Part shown: in pieces, positions 42,306-51,641 of the stretch
Layout of the letters: each line of letters begins with the position of its first letter
Position numbering within the stretch: position 1 is the stretch's first letter
Assembly (NCBI GenBank): GCA_036526155.1
Contig: DATCZB010000147.1
Location: 1 to 56,592 of the forward strand
Direction: 5' to 3'
Origin: Gammaproteobacteria bacterium
Lineage (GTDB): Bacteria > Pseudomonadota > Gammaproteobacteria > Steroidobacterales > Rariloculaceae
Length of the DNA stretch: 56,592 bases
Made by a program: the position numbers and the translations under genes
Notes under the pieces: generated by a model
The model's database searches: none
What the model saw: the letters and a program-made list of their open reading frames with translations, nothing else
What the model was told of the DNA's origin: nothing

Positions 42306-43691
42306 CTAGATCGGGTCGCCGGCCTCGGCGGCCGACTCCACCAGCGACGCGTAGATCTCTGTGCTGCTCAGACGATCGAGCAGCCAGTAGTAGTGGCGCA
42401 CGTTGTCGACGTATTGCACCGGGACCGAGCCCTGCGCGTAACCTCGGCGCAGCGCCGGGTACCAGCGTTCATCGGCGAGCAGGGGCAGGTGTGCCCGGAC
42501 GTCGTCCCAGCTGTCCTTGTCGGCGCCGCTGCTCTCGGCAATGATCCGGGCGTCCTCGACGTGGCCGAAACCGATGTTGTAGGCCGCCACGGCCATCAGC
42601 ATTCGATCCTCTTCGGGGATGCGGGTCGGAAACTTGTCGTGCACGCGGGCCAGATAGCGCGCGCCGCCGAGGATACTCTCCTTGGGGTCTGCGCGGTCCT
42701 GCACGCCAACGAGCCTCGCGGAGTTTACCGTCAGCATCATCAGGCCCTTGACGCCCGTCGGCGAGACAGCTGCCGGATCCCAGTGCGATTCCTGATACGC
42801 GATGGCGGCCAGAAGCTTCCAGTCGATGCCCGTTTGTCGCGCGGCTTCCCGGAACGTTGCCTCGAGCGCCGGGAAGCGCTGATTCAGGTGACGCACGAAG
42901 GCGCGTGAGCCGACAAAATCGAAGTCGCGCTGAGCCATGTAGTAGCGCTCGAGAATGTCCTGTAGCCTGCCCGTCGATTCGATCTCGGCAAAGAACGCGC
43001 TGACGGCCTGGCGCAGATCCGGGGCGTCAGGGGGCAGCGCCCAGGCCAGCTCGCCGCGGGACTTGAGGTCGAAGGCGATCCTGACCTCGGGATAATAGTG
43101 ACGCAGCATGTCGAATTCGTTGGAATTGACCACGGCGTAGTCGATGGTTCCGTCTGCAACCCGGCGCATGAGGGTCTCCGCGCTCGTCGTGCGGTACTCG
43201 GCCCAGGTCAGGCCGGGCGTTTTTTCGAGCGCGCGGTGCATCAGATCGACATGACTCGAGCCCGCCCGAACCTCGATCGTGCCGCCGATCGTCTGCTCCA
43301 GTGAGCGCGGCCGCTTCCTGCCCATGCGATAGATCAGCTGGGTCGAAACGCTCTGGTAGCTCGGACCGAAGGTCACGACTTCCTCGCGCGAGGCCGTGAT
43401 CGTGAGGCCGGCAGCGGCGATATGCGCCTTCTCGTCCGACACGGCGGGAATGATCGGCTCGATACGATCCTTCGTCTCCAGACGCAGGCGCACGCCGAGA
43501 TGGTCCGCAAACGCCTGCGCGAGCTCGTACTCGACGCCATAGCGATCGGTTGCGCCATAGTAGTACGTCGTCGGCGCGTTTCTGGTGACTACACGCAACT
43601 CCCCGAGTAGACGGATCTGGTCGAGCAAAGGGAGATCGGGCGTGCAGGAGCCAAGCGCTGCGCTGCAAACGACGGCGAAGACAACTTTCAC
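42306..43691 (-). CDS. mltF: membrane-bound lytic murein transglycosylase F
   Basis: N-terminal solute-binding-like domain followed by an SLT domain (AIAYQESHWDP, AYNIG). Convergent with tadA, as in E. coli. Confidence 0.85.
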   Translation of the reverse strand: MKVVFAVVCSAALGSCTPDLPLLDQIRLLGELRVVTRNAPTTYYYGATDRYGVEYELAQAFADHLGVRLRLETKDRIEPIIPAVSDEKAHIAAAGLTITASREEVVTFGPSYQSVSTQLIYRMGRKRPRSLEQTIGGTIEVRAGSSHVDLMHRALEKTPGLTWAEYRTTSAETLMRRVADGTIDYAVVNSNEFDMLRHYYPEVRIAFDLKSRGELAWALPPDAPDLRQAVSAFFAEIESTGRLQDILERYYMAQRDFDFVGSRAFVRHLNQRFPALEATFREAARQTGIDWKLLAAIAYQESHWDPAAVSPTGVKGLMMLTVNSARLVGVQDRADPKESILGGARYLARVHDKFPTRIPEEDRMLMAVAAYNIGFGHVEDARIIAESSGADKDSWDDVRAHLPLLADERWYPALRRGYAQGSVPVQYVDNVRHYYWLLDRLSSTEIYASLVESAAEAGDPI

Positions 43692-43792
43692 AGGTTTCGG
43701 GGCCTATGCTGCCGCGTTGGGCGCAAATTATACGCACAATTGGTCGCGGGCGAAGCCCTTGGCTAGAATTCTAAAGATTATCTCGGAAATAC

Positions 43793-45019
43793 ATGATGTT
43801 AGAGCGTCTGGAAAGCATTCACCCCTGGCTGCCCGCGATTGCCGGCGTGGCTATCTTGTTGATTATTGGTCTGATTTCGGATCTCGTGATCCGTCGCGGC
43901 CTGATTGCCGTAGTGCACTTGCTGGCGAGTCGCACGGAATCGCAATGGGATGACGTGTTCAAGCGTCACAAGGTGGTGACGCGCCTGACCCACGCGATTC
44001 CCGCGCTCGTGATCCACACCGGCGTCCTGCTGGTTCCGGATCTGCCCGAGACCGCAGTGACGATTACGCAGAACGTGGCGCTGGCCTACGTGGCCCTGAC
44101 GCTGACGCTCGCGATTGTGGCCGCGCTTTCCGCGGCCAACGAGATTTACGAGTCGTATCCGGTCTCGCGCGAGCGTCCGCTCAAGGGGATCGTGCAGGTG
44201 CTGCAGATCGTCGTCTACGTCATCGGCGGCGTGATCCTGATCAGTAACCTGATTGGCGAATCGCCTCTGATTCTGCTCGGCGGGTTCGGGGCCATGACGG
44301 CCGTGCTGCTTCTCGTGTTCAAGGACACGATTTTAGGCCTCGTCGCGAGCGTGCAGCTGACGGCCAACGACATGGTGCGGGTCGGCGACTGGATCGAGAT
44401 GCCGGCCTATGGCGCCGACGGCGACGTCATCGACGTTGCCCTGCACACGGTCAAGGTCCAGAACTGGGATAAGACAATCACGACGATTCCGACCTACAAG
44501 CTCATTGCGGAGTCATTCAAGAACTGGCGTGGCATGTCCGAGTCGGGCGGGCGGCGGATCAAGCGGGCCATCCACATCGACCAGTCGTCGATCCGGTTTC
44601 TGACCGATGCGGAGCTCGAGAAGCTCAACGCGTTCGCGCTGTTGCACGAGCACTTCGAGGCGAAGCGGCTGGAGCTCGAGCAGGCGGCCGAAACCCTCGG
44701 TGCAGCGGGCAAGTACGCCGTGAACCGGCGTCGGCTGACCAACGTCGGCGTGTTTCGCGCCTACGTCCTCAATTACCTCAAGACCCATCCCGAACTGCAT
44801 GACGACATGACGTTGCTCGTCCGCCAGCTGAAGCCCGGCCCCGACGGTCTGCCGATCGAGATCTATTGCTTTACGCAAACCACCGAATGGCTCAAGTATG
44901 AGGACGTGCAATCCGATATATTCGACCATATTCTCGCGATCCTGCCCGAGTTCGGGCTGCGTCTGTTTCAGAAGCCAACGGGCGCGGATCTCGCAGACCT
45001 TTCAAGGAGCGCCGCCTGA
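43793..45019 (+). CDS. mechanosensitive ion channel family protein (MscS-like)
   Basis: Several N-terminal TM helices, then the MscS pore/beta-domain signature (FKDTILGLVASVQL...VRVGDWIEM...GDVIDV.LHTVKVQNWDKTITTIPT). Confidence 0.85.
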   Translation: MMLERLESIHPWLPAIAGVAILLIIGLISDLVIRRGLIAVVHLLASRTESQWDDVFKRHKVVTRLTHAIPALVIHTGVLLVPDLPETAVTITQNVALAYVALTLTLAIVAALSAANEIYESYPVSRERPLKGIVQVLQIVVYVIGGVILISNLIGESPLILLGGFGAMTAVLLLVFKDTILGLVASVQLTANDMVRVGDWIEMPAYGADGDVIDVALHTVKVQNWDKTITTIPTYKLIAESFKNWRGMSESGGRRIKRAIHIDQSSIRFLTDAELEKLNAFALLHEHFEAKRLELEQAAETLGAAGKYAVNRRRLTNVGVFRAYVLNYLKTHPELHDDMTLLVRQLKPGPDGLPIEIYCFTQTTEWLKYEDVQSDIFDHILAILPEFGLRLFQKPTGADLADLSRSAA

Positions 45020-46224
45020 TGCCGAACCTGCTGCGAAGTCATGCTGCTTTGCGAATCCTGGGTTGCCTGGCTCTCTTGACCGTTGCGCCCGTCGTGGCCG
45101 CGCAGGAGTCGTTCGACCAGTGCCGTAATCGCCTGGCCTCGCTGGCGGTCGAGCGCGGTATCTCGGAGTCCGTTGCCACCGGGATCATGGCGGGCGTGGA
45201 GCCGCTCGAGCGCGTCATCCGGGCGGACCGCAATCAGCCGGAGTTCATTCAGAGCTTCGATCGCTACCTCGGGTTACGGGTGACGGCGGGCCGGGTATCG
45301 ATGGGACGCGCCCTGTACGCCGAGCACCGGTCGCTGCTCGATCAGCTTGCGGCGCAGCATGGCGTGCCGGGCCAGTATCTCGTGGCTTTCTGGGGGCTGG
45401 AATCGGACTTCGGGCGAGTCCTCGGCGACATCCCGGTCTTCGATTCGCTGACAACCCTGGCCTGCGATCAACGCCGCAGCGGGCTGTTTACGGACGAGCT
45501 GATCAATGCGCTGACCATCGTCGATCGCGGCGATGCAACGCCGGACGAAATGACGGGTTCGTGGGCAGGCGCGATGGGGCAGACGCAATTCATGCCATCC
45601 ACTTACCTGGCCCACGCAACGGACGGTGACGGCGACGGGCGCGCCAACCTGTGGCAGAGCACCGCCGACGCGCTGTCGTCCGCTGCCCGGTTCGTCGCGA
45701 GCATGGGTTGGGTGCCGGGCTACCGCTGGGGCCGCGAAGTCCTGCTGCCGGCGGGTTTCGATTACTCGCTGGCCGGCAGTGATCGGCCGCGGTCGCTTGC
45801 GGCCTGGCGCGAGCTCGGCCTGACCAGCGTCACCGGCGCACCGATTCCCGTTGCCGAGCTCGATGCCGCTTTAATCGTGCCGGCCGGCAGCGACGGGCCC
45901 GCATTCCTCGTCTACCGCAACTTCGATGTCATCATGCGCTGGAACCGCTCGGAGTTTTTTGCGCTCTCGATCGGCCATCTCGCCGATCGCATCGCGGGCG
46001 CCGGCGGCTTGAACCGTCCGCCGCCGAACGGTGAGCAGCTGACGCGAGATCAGATGAGCGCGATCCAGGCCGCGCTGGCCAACAACGGCTTCGATCCCGG
46101 GCCGGCCGACGGCGTGCCGGGGCCCGCAACCCGAGCGGCCATTCGTGCCTTCCAGGCCAGCCGCAATGTCGTGGCGGACGGGTTTGCCGATCTTGAACTT
46201 CTCGCGCTCCTGGGAATCGATTGA
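45019..46224 (+). CDS. lytic murein transglycosylase (MltB-like) with C-terminal peptidoglycan-binding domain
   Basis: FWGLESDFG and GQTQFMPSTY motifs of family-3 lytic transglycosylases, and a PG_binding_1-like tail (IQAALANNGFDPGPADGVPGPATRAAIRAFQ). The ATG shares 1 nt with the upstream stop codon. Confidence 0.85.
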   Translation: MPNLLRSHAALRILGCLALLTVAPVVAAQESFDQCRNRLASLAVERGISESVATGIMAGVEPLERVIRADRNQPEFIQSFDRYLGLRVTAGRVSMGRALYAEHRSLLDQLAAQHGVPGQYLVAFWGLESDFGRVLGDIPVFDSLTTLACDQRRSGLFTDELINALTIVDRGDATPDEMTGSWAGAMGQTQFMPSTYLAHATDGDGDGRANLWQSTADALSSAARFVASMGWVPGYRWGREVLLPAGFDYSLAGSDRPRSLAAWRELGLTSVTGAPIPVAELDAALIVPAGSDGPAFLVYRNFDVIMRWNRSEFFALSIGHLADRIAGAGGLNRPPPNGEQLTRDQMSAIQAALANNGFDPGPADGVPGPATRAAIRAFQASRNVVADGFADLELLALLGID

Positions 46225-46226
46225 GT

Positions 46227-48053
46227 ATGCGCTCGAGTCGGTTCAAATGGTTGCTGTTGCTGCCTGTGGTCTCGTTCGCGATTGCGCATTTCGATCGCGC
46301 CGCCAACCTGTCGCCCGGTAACTGGCGCGAGGCCAGTCGCGAGCCTGTCGGGCTCGCGCCGGACCCGGCCGAGCACGCCGAAGCCGTGGCCCAGGTCTAT
46401 GCCGCGCGCGCCGTGCGCTGGCGCGGCTACTTCGGCGTGCATACCTGGATTGCGGTCAAGCCCAGGGATGCATCGGCCTACAAAGTCTACGAGGTGACTC
46501 GCTGGAATCGGCGCCGCAACGGTTCCATGGTGTCCGTCAGCGACCGTATTCCCGACGGCCGCTGGTATGGCAACGCCCCGATCCTGCTGGCGGACCTGCG
46601 TGGCCCGGCGGTCGAAGCGCTGATCGGGCGCATCGACGCGGCCGTCGAGGCGTATCCGTATACCGATGAGTATCAGGTCTGGCCGGGGCCCAACTCGAAC
46701 ACCTTCACGGCCTGGGTGCTGCGCGAGGTGCCCGAGCTGCGCGTCGACCTGCCGCCCACCGCAATCGGTAAGGACTTCCTCGGGCAGCGGTTCGTCGCCC
46801 GTTCGCCGAGCGGGACCGGCGGTCAGCTCAGCGTCTTCGGGCTCCTCGGTGTCACGGCCGGGCTCGAGGAGGGTCTCGAGATCAACGTGCTCGGGTTTCA
46901 TTTCGGGATCGATCCACTCGATCTCGCCCTGCGTCTGCCGTTCGCCGGCAACTTCGGCCTGCTCGGAGGCCAGGCAGCGGAAGCCGCCGAGCCCGAAGAG
47001 TCGGCAACTGAGCCGTCCCGCCGCTACACGTTCAGCTGGCCGTATTCGGAGAGCAGCCTCATGCAGCCCCGCGGGGGCACCTCGATCGGGCCCGAGGTCA
47101 CGTTGCACGCCGGCCCCACCGATGCCTGGCTCGGCCTGCAGGAACCCGGCTTGTCGAAGTTCGAGCGCGACCGGCGCGCGATTCTCGCGATGGCAGGCGA
47201 GTATCGAACCAGTTTCGATTTCATCGAAACCGTCGGCTTCACGCCCGGGTTCGAGCCCGGGCAGCCGTATCAGTCCTGGGCCACGGAGCGCATCGACGTG
47301 ATCGAGGATTCGGGCGACAGGATCGTGCTGCAGCACGTCATCGTCATGCGTTACGTCGACGCCGACGGCAATGTGCAGGGTCCCGTCGTGCAGAAGCACT
47401 GGCGCCAGGACTGGGTTTACGAGGACATGTCGCTGCACGAATTCAGCGGCCACAGCAGCTGGACGGCGCAAGAACGCTCGCCCGCCGAGGTGTCGGGCCG
47501 CTGGTCGCAGGCCGTGTATCAGGTTGACGACTCACCGCGCTACGAGGCGCTCGGCGACTGGGTGCACCGCGGTAATTATTCCGCCTGGACGTCCGCCGAG
47601 ACCTGGCGGCCGCTGCCGCGCCGTGAGTCGAGCGTTCGCGACGATTACCACGTGCTGATCGGCACCAACCGGCACACGATCACGCCGACCGGTTGGGTCC
47701 ACGAGGAGGAGAACCTCAAGGTCGTGCTCGACCCATCGGGCGCAATCGCCGCAGACCAGGCGATCCTGTCCCGGGAGCTCGGCGTTAACCGTTACGAGCA
47801 GGTCGTCGACTTCGACTTTTCGGCGCGCGATGACTACTGGGAGGCGACGGCCGCGTTCTGGGCCGACGTGCGCGAGGAATGGACGCGAATCTACGCCGAG
47901 CGCGAGCGCTTCGAGCTGACCGCCCCGCCCGGGGAGCCGCCGTTGTTCATGCCGATGTTCATCTACGCGGCCGAGCTCGAGGCCGGGCAGCCATATGACG
48001 CCGCAGCGGGGCGCCTGTTTATCCGCGAGACGCTGGCCAGATACGTCAACTGA
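46227..48053 (+). CDS. two-domain protein: DUF3750-like N-domain plus an uncharacterised C-domain of about 300 aa
   Basis: N-terminal anchor or signal sequence. VYAARAVRWRGYFGVHTWIAVKP...WPGPNSNTFTAWVLREVPEL matches my recollection of DUF3750. The C-terminal part (YRTSFDFIETVGF...VVQKHWRQDWVYE) resembles DUF6607-type proteins, with low certainty. Starts 2 nt after the upstream stop. Confidence 0.65.
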   Translation: MRSSRFKWLLLLPVVSFAIAHFDRAANLSPGNWREASREPVGLAPDPAEHAEAVAQVYAARAVRWRGYFGVHTWIAVKPRDASAYKVYEVTRWNRRRNGSMVSVSDRIPDGRWYGNAPILLADLRGPAVEALIGRIDAAVEAYPYTDEYQVWPGPNSNTFTAWVLREVPELRVDLPPTAIGKDFLGQRFVARSPSGTGGQLSVFGLLGVTAGLEEGLEINVLGFHFGIDPLDLALRLPFAGNFGLLGGQAAEAAEPEESATEPSRRYTFSWPYSESSLMQPRGGTSIGPEVTLHAGPTDAWLGLQEPGLSKFERDRRAILAMAGEYRTSFDFIETVGFTPGFEPGQPYQSWATERIDVIEDSGDRIVLQHVIVMRYVDADGNVQGPVVQKHWRQDWVYEDMSLHEFSGHSSWTAQERSPAEVSGRWSQAVYQVDDSPRYEALGDWVHRGNYSAWTSAETWRPLPRRESSVRDDYHVLIGTNRHTITPTGWVHEEENLKVVLDPSGAIAADQAILSRELGVNRYEQVVDFDFSARDDYWEATAAFWADVREEWTRIYAERERFELTAPPGEPPLFMPMFIYAAELEAGQPYDAAAGRLFIRETLARYVN

Positions 48054-48101
48054 CAAACCAACCACATCGATTCAAGCATTCCGAGCGGGGGACTCTCAAC
48101 A

Positions 48102-49124
48102 ATGATTCGTAGCCTGTTTCCGGCGACGCTGACACTTGGCGCGCTGTTGGTATCCGTTCCGGCCTGGTCACAGTCGTGCGACCGCGCCTGCCTCGAGGGC
48201 CGGGTGGACACTTACCTCGATGCCGTGATCGACAACGACCCGGCTGCCGTGTCGATGACGCGCGATGTGCGTTTCACCGAGAACGGCGTTCGGCTCGAGA
48301 TCGGCGACGGGCTCTGGCGCAGCATGAAGTCGAAGGGCGGCTATCGCCTGTTTGTGACTGACGTGCCGGCCCAGCAGGTCACGCTGCTGACGACGATTGC
48401 CGAAGACGATCGCACCCCGCAAGGCAGTGTGCCGGCGCTGATGGCGCTCAGGCTCAAGCTTGATGGCGGCAGCGTCAGCGAGATCGAGCAAATGGTCGTG
48501 CGCGACGCGGCTGCCGCCGAGCGGGTCGAGGCGATGGGCCGGCCGCACCCGATGTATCTGGAGTCGATACCTGAGGGCCGTCGCATGTCCAGGCGTGACA
48601 TGCTCGAGACGGCGAACAAGTACTTCACCGGCATGCAGCAGAACGACGGCCAGGGCGACTACCCGTTCTCGGCGGACTGCAACCGGATCGAGAACGGCAA
48701 CCAGTCAACCAACGCCCCGACGCCGGCCGGACAGACCCGACCCGATCCGGCAACGGCAACGGGCTATTCCGGGCAATGGACCTGCCTCGAGCAGTTCGAG
48801 TCGGGCCTGCTGTATTTCGTGACCCGAATTCGCGACCGGCGCTTCGTCGCGCTCGACGAGGAGCGCGGTCTCGTCTTCAGCTTCGTCTTCTTCGATCACG
48901 CGGCCGGTGAGACGCGGACCTTCCGGACGCCGGACGGCCGAACGGTCACTGCCGGTCCCGCGCAGCCCTGGACCTGGGGCATCGCCGAGATCTTCAGGGT
49001 CGAGGATCAGCAGATCCGGCAGATCGAGGCGATCCTGCATCGCGTCCCGTACGGCATGAATGCGGGCTGGAGCAGCTACGAGGACGGGCTGTCCGATCGG
49101 TTGCTGGACCACACAGGCATCTAG
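48102..49124 (+). CDS. secreted hypothetical protein
   Basis: 340 aa. Signal peptide (LVSVPAWS|QS), coding-like composition and GC3 bias. I do not recognise a family. Confidence 0.55.
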   Translation: MIRSLFPATLTLGALLVSVPAWSQSCDRACLEGRVDTYLDAVIDNDPAAVSMTRDVRFTENGVRLEIGDGLWRSMKSKGGYRLFVTDVPAQQVTLLTTIAEDDRTPQGSVPALMALRLKLDGGSVSEIEQMVVRDAAAAERVEAMGRPHPMYLESIPEGRRMSRRDMLETANKYFTGMQQNDGQGDYPFSADCNRIENGNQSTNAPTPAGQTRPDPATATGYSGQWTCLEQFESGLLYFVTRIRDRRFVALDEERGLVFSFVFFDHAAGETRTFRTPDGRTVTAGPAQPWTWGIAEIFRVEDQQIRQIEAILHRVPYGMNAGWSSYEDGLSDRLLDHTGI

Positions 49125-49508
49125 CAACCCGTCACCGCCGCTTTTCGCGCTTTCTTCCGGCGGGAGCCCGGCCACAGTCGGCCCTGCCCGGGACACGCCG
49201 GAAGAGCATCCCTGCGGCTCGGCAGCGGCCCTCCCTGGCCGCTGACGGTCCCGTGCAAGCCCGACTGCGTCCACGCTCCACCAAGTCATCGCCAGCCGAA
49301 AGCGGCAGCGCCATTTACGGTCTGGCGAGTTGGGTTGAGCGCTCGGGTGCAGATGTTTTGGCGCGACCGTTGCCCGCCAGCTCGGCGGCAAAGCCGCCTG
49401 AGAAGGCGGGCACGAGCCTACAGGGATGTATTCACGGCGTGTCGCGACAAAACGGTCTGCGCCTGAGCGCGCGCACGCGAACACCCAACCGAGCAGGAGG
49501 GGCTGGCG

Positions 49509-50768
49509 TCAGGGTTCGGGATATGGCTCCGCCAGCCGGTACCGCGGGTGCTGCTCGAGCCAGGCCGCGCAGCGGTCGGTGCGTTCGAGCGCGACCGGGA
49601 TGAAGTCGAGTGCCTGCTGCAGGCGATCGTTTGGTTCGGCGCAGGAGAATCGCAGAAAACCGTGGCCGGCCTCGCCGAAGCACTCGCCGCCGAGGCAGGC
49701 GATGCCGAAGTCGTCGTCGGCGCCTTCGAGCAGGAAGAGCGCAAGGCCGTGACTCGTCACGCCGAGGCGATTGCAGACTGGCGCAACATTCGGGAACACA
49801 TAAAACGTCGCCGTGGGCGGCAGCGAGTGAAACCCGTCGATTGCATTCAGACCCTCGGTCAGCAGCACGACCTTGTCGCGGAACTTCTCCATCGTCTCCG
49901 AGCGTTCCTGCCGGTCTTTGGTCAGCGCCGCCACGCCGGCGAGCTGCACGATTGGCGGCGTGCAGGACAGGGTCGTGTTGATCATCTTGCCGATCGCGTC
50001 GGCAATCTCCGCCGACGAGACGGTGAAACCGAGCCGCCATCCGCTCATGCTGTAGGACTTGCTGAACGTATACGCCGCAACGCCCTGGTCGAGCATGCCG
50101 GGCTGGCTCAGGATCGAATGGTGCGACCCCTTCCAGACCATGTGGCAGTAGGGCTCGTCGCTGAAAACTGCGATCTCGCGACCGCGGATCAGATCGGCGA
50201 TCTGTTTCAGGTCGTCTTCGCTCGCCACGCCGCCGGTCGGGTTGTGCGGCGAGTTCAGAAAGATGGCACGCGGCGACGGGTCGTCGGCGATGAACTTCTC
50301 GATGTCGGCCAGCGCCGGGCGAAACTGATTCGATTGCAGTAGTGGCGCAAAGACCGGGCGCGCGGCGCGACGCTCGATGTTCGGGATGTAAGTCGGAAAA
50401 TACGGGCTGAAAACCAGGACGCCGTCGCCGGCATTCAGGAAGGCCTCGCAGAAGAATTGCTCGAAGATCTTGGCGCCGGGCCCCGCGACGATGTTCTCCA
50501 TTTGCGCCGGGATGCCGAATTCTCTTTGCACAAACTCGGCCGCGGCTTGACGAAACTCCGGAATACCCGGTGAAGGGCAATAGTGGGTCTGGTTGGCGGC
50601 GATGGCGTCCATGCCGCCGGTGCGGGCGTTCTCGGTGCTGTCGAACGGGCTGTCGCCGATTTCGAGCTCGACCACATCCTTGCCCGCAGCCTTCAGTGAT
50701 TTCGCGACGGCCAGGACGGTAAACGCTGTCTCGACGGTCAGGGACTTCGCAAATTCGCTGAGCTGCAT
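49509..50768 (-). CDS. pyridoxal-phosphate-dependent aminotransferase (class I/II)
   Basis: Starts MQLSEFAKSL. Contains NSPHNPTG and the PLP-lysine motif FSKSYSMSGWRLGF. The ORF extension to 50861 is rejected. Confidence 0.85.
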   Translation of the reverse strand: MQLSEFAKSLTVETAFTVLAVAKSLKAAGKDVVELEIGDSPFDSTENARTGGMDAIAANQTHYCPSPGIPEFRQAAAEFVQREFGIPAQMENIVAGPGAKIFEQFFCEAFLNAGDGVLVFSPYFPTYIPNIERRAARPVFAPLLQSNQFRPALADIEKFIADDPSPRAIFLNSPHNPTGGVASEDDLKQIADLIRGREIAVFSDEPYCHMVWKGSHHSILSQPGMLDQGVAAYTFSKSYSMSGWRLGFTVSSAEIADAIGKMINTTLSCTPPIVQLAGVAALTKDRQERSETMEKFRDKVVLLTEGLNAIDGFHSLPPTATFYVFPNVAPVCNRLGVTSHGLALFLLEGADDDFGIACLGGECFGEAGHGFLRFSCAEPNDRLQQALDFIPVALERTDRCAAWLEQHPRYRLAEPYPEP

Positions 50769-50936
50769 CTTTCTTTTCAGGCGGGCCGAAACGGCCGGAA
50801 AGTATGCGGCTCCGTGCCAGGTGGCGCAAGCGCCCCCCGGTTGTGTCTGCCCGTATTTCACTGGCTGCTTTCGGCGGATTGCCGGCTCAGCCTATACTTG
50901 CGTCGAACGAATCATTACAGCAACGAGGGGGATCTC

Positions 50937-51623
50937 GTGTACATCATCAAACGACTCTTTGTGGCGACGGCCTGCCTGATCGGATTCTGGGGCACGGCAG
51001 CGGCGGTTGCGCCGGACTTCATGGACAAGCTCGGGGCGGAATCCCGGCCGATGGAGGACCGGATTCGCGACGGTGCGCGCCGCCCGTATCAGGTCATGAT
51101 GCTGCTTGGCGTCGAAGAGGGGATGACGGCGGTCGACGTTGGCGCCGGTGGCGGCTGGTGGACGCGCGTCTTCTCGGCGGCCGTTGGCCCGAGCGGCACG
51201 GTGCTGGCGCAGGGCGTTCGTCGCGGCGGCGATGACCTGCCGGGTCTGGGCAATGTCGAGCTCGTCGATGGCCTTGGTGATATCGACGACAACACGGCCG
51301 ACGTCGCCGTGACGGCGCTGAACATCCATCACATGAATGCGGAGCGCGCCGGCCCGTACATGGCGGAGCTGCTCAGGATTCTGAAGCCCGGGGGACATGC
51401 CGCGATCATCGACCACGTCGGCGATCCGGCAAACAACAACGCGCAACTGCACCGCCTGCCGATCGCGAGCGCGCGCGGCTGGATCGAGGCCGCCGGCTTC
51501 GAGATCGTCGCGGAGTCCGATATTCTGCGCCAGAACGCGGACGACCTGACGATGTCTGCGACCGCTCCGGAGCTCGGCCGCAACCCGGCTCGCTTTCTGT
51601 TCGTCGTGCGCAAGCCTCAATAA
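50937..51623 (+). CDS. class I SAM-dependent methyltransferase-like protein with N-terminal signal-like sequence
   Basis: GTG at 50937 preceded by GAGGGGGA. Hydrophobic N-terminus (LFVATACLIGFWGTAAAVA) and SAM motif I VDVGAGGGWWT. Resembles the predicted-methyltransferase COG4798 type as I recall it. Confidence 0.7.
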   Translation: MYIIKRLFVATACLIGFWGTAAAVAPDFMDKLGAESRPMEDRIRDGARRPYQVMMLLGVEEGMTAVDVGAGGGWWTRVFSAAVGPSGTVLAQGVRRGGDDLPGLGNVELVDGLGDIDDNTADVAVTALNIHHMNAERAGPYMAELLRILKPGGHAAIIDHVGDPANNNAQLHRLPIASARGWIEAAGFEIVAESDILRQNADDLTMSATAPELGRNPARFLFVVRKPQ

Positions 51624-51641
51624 AGAGGCTTCCGTCAGCGC

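Noticed and set aside
46050-47471. 473-aa minus-strand ORF.
   Set aside because: It is antisense to the lytic transglycosylase and DUF3750 genes. It has low-complexity Arg/Pro/Gly composition. The opposite strand carries homology-supported genes.
49432-50829. 465-aa minus-strand ORF in a different frame from the aminotransferase.
   Set aside because: It overlaps the aminotransferase frame on the same strand. Its translation is extremely Arg-rich, while the other frame carries the PLP-lysine and NPTG motifs.
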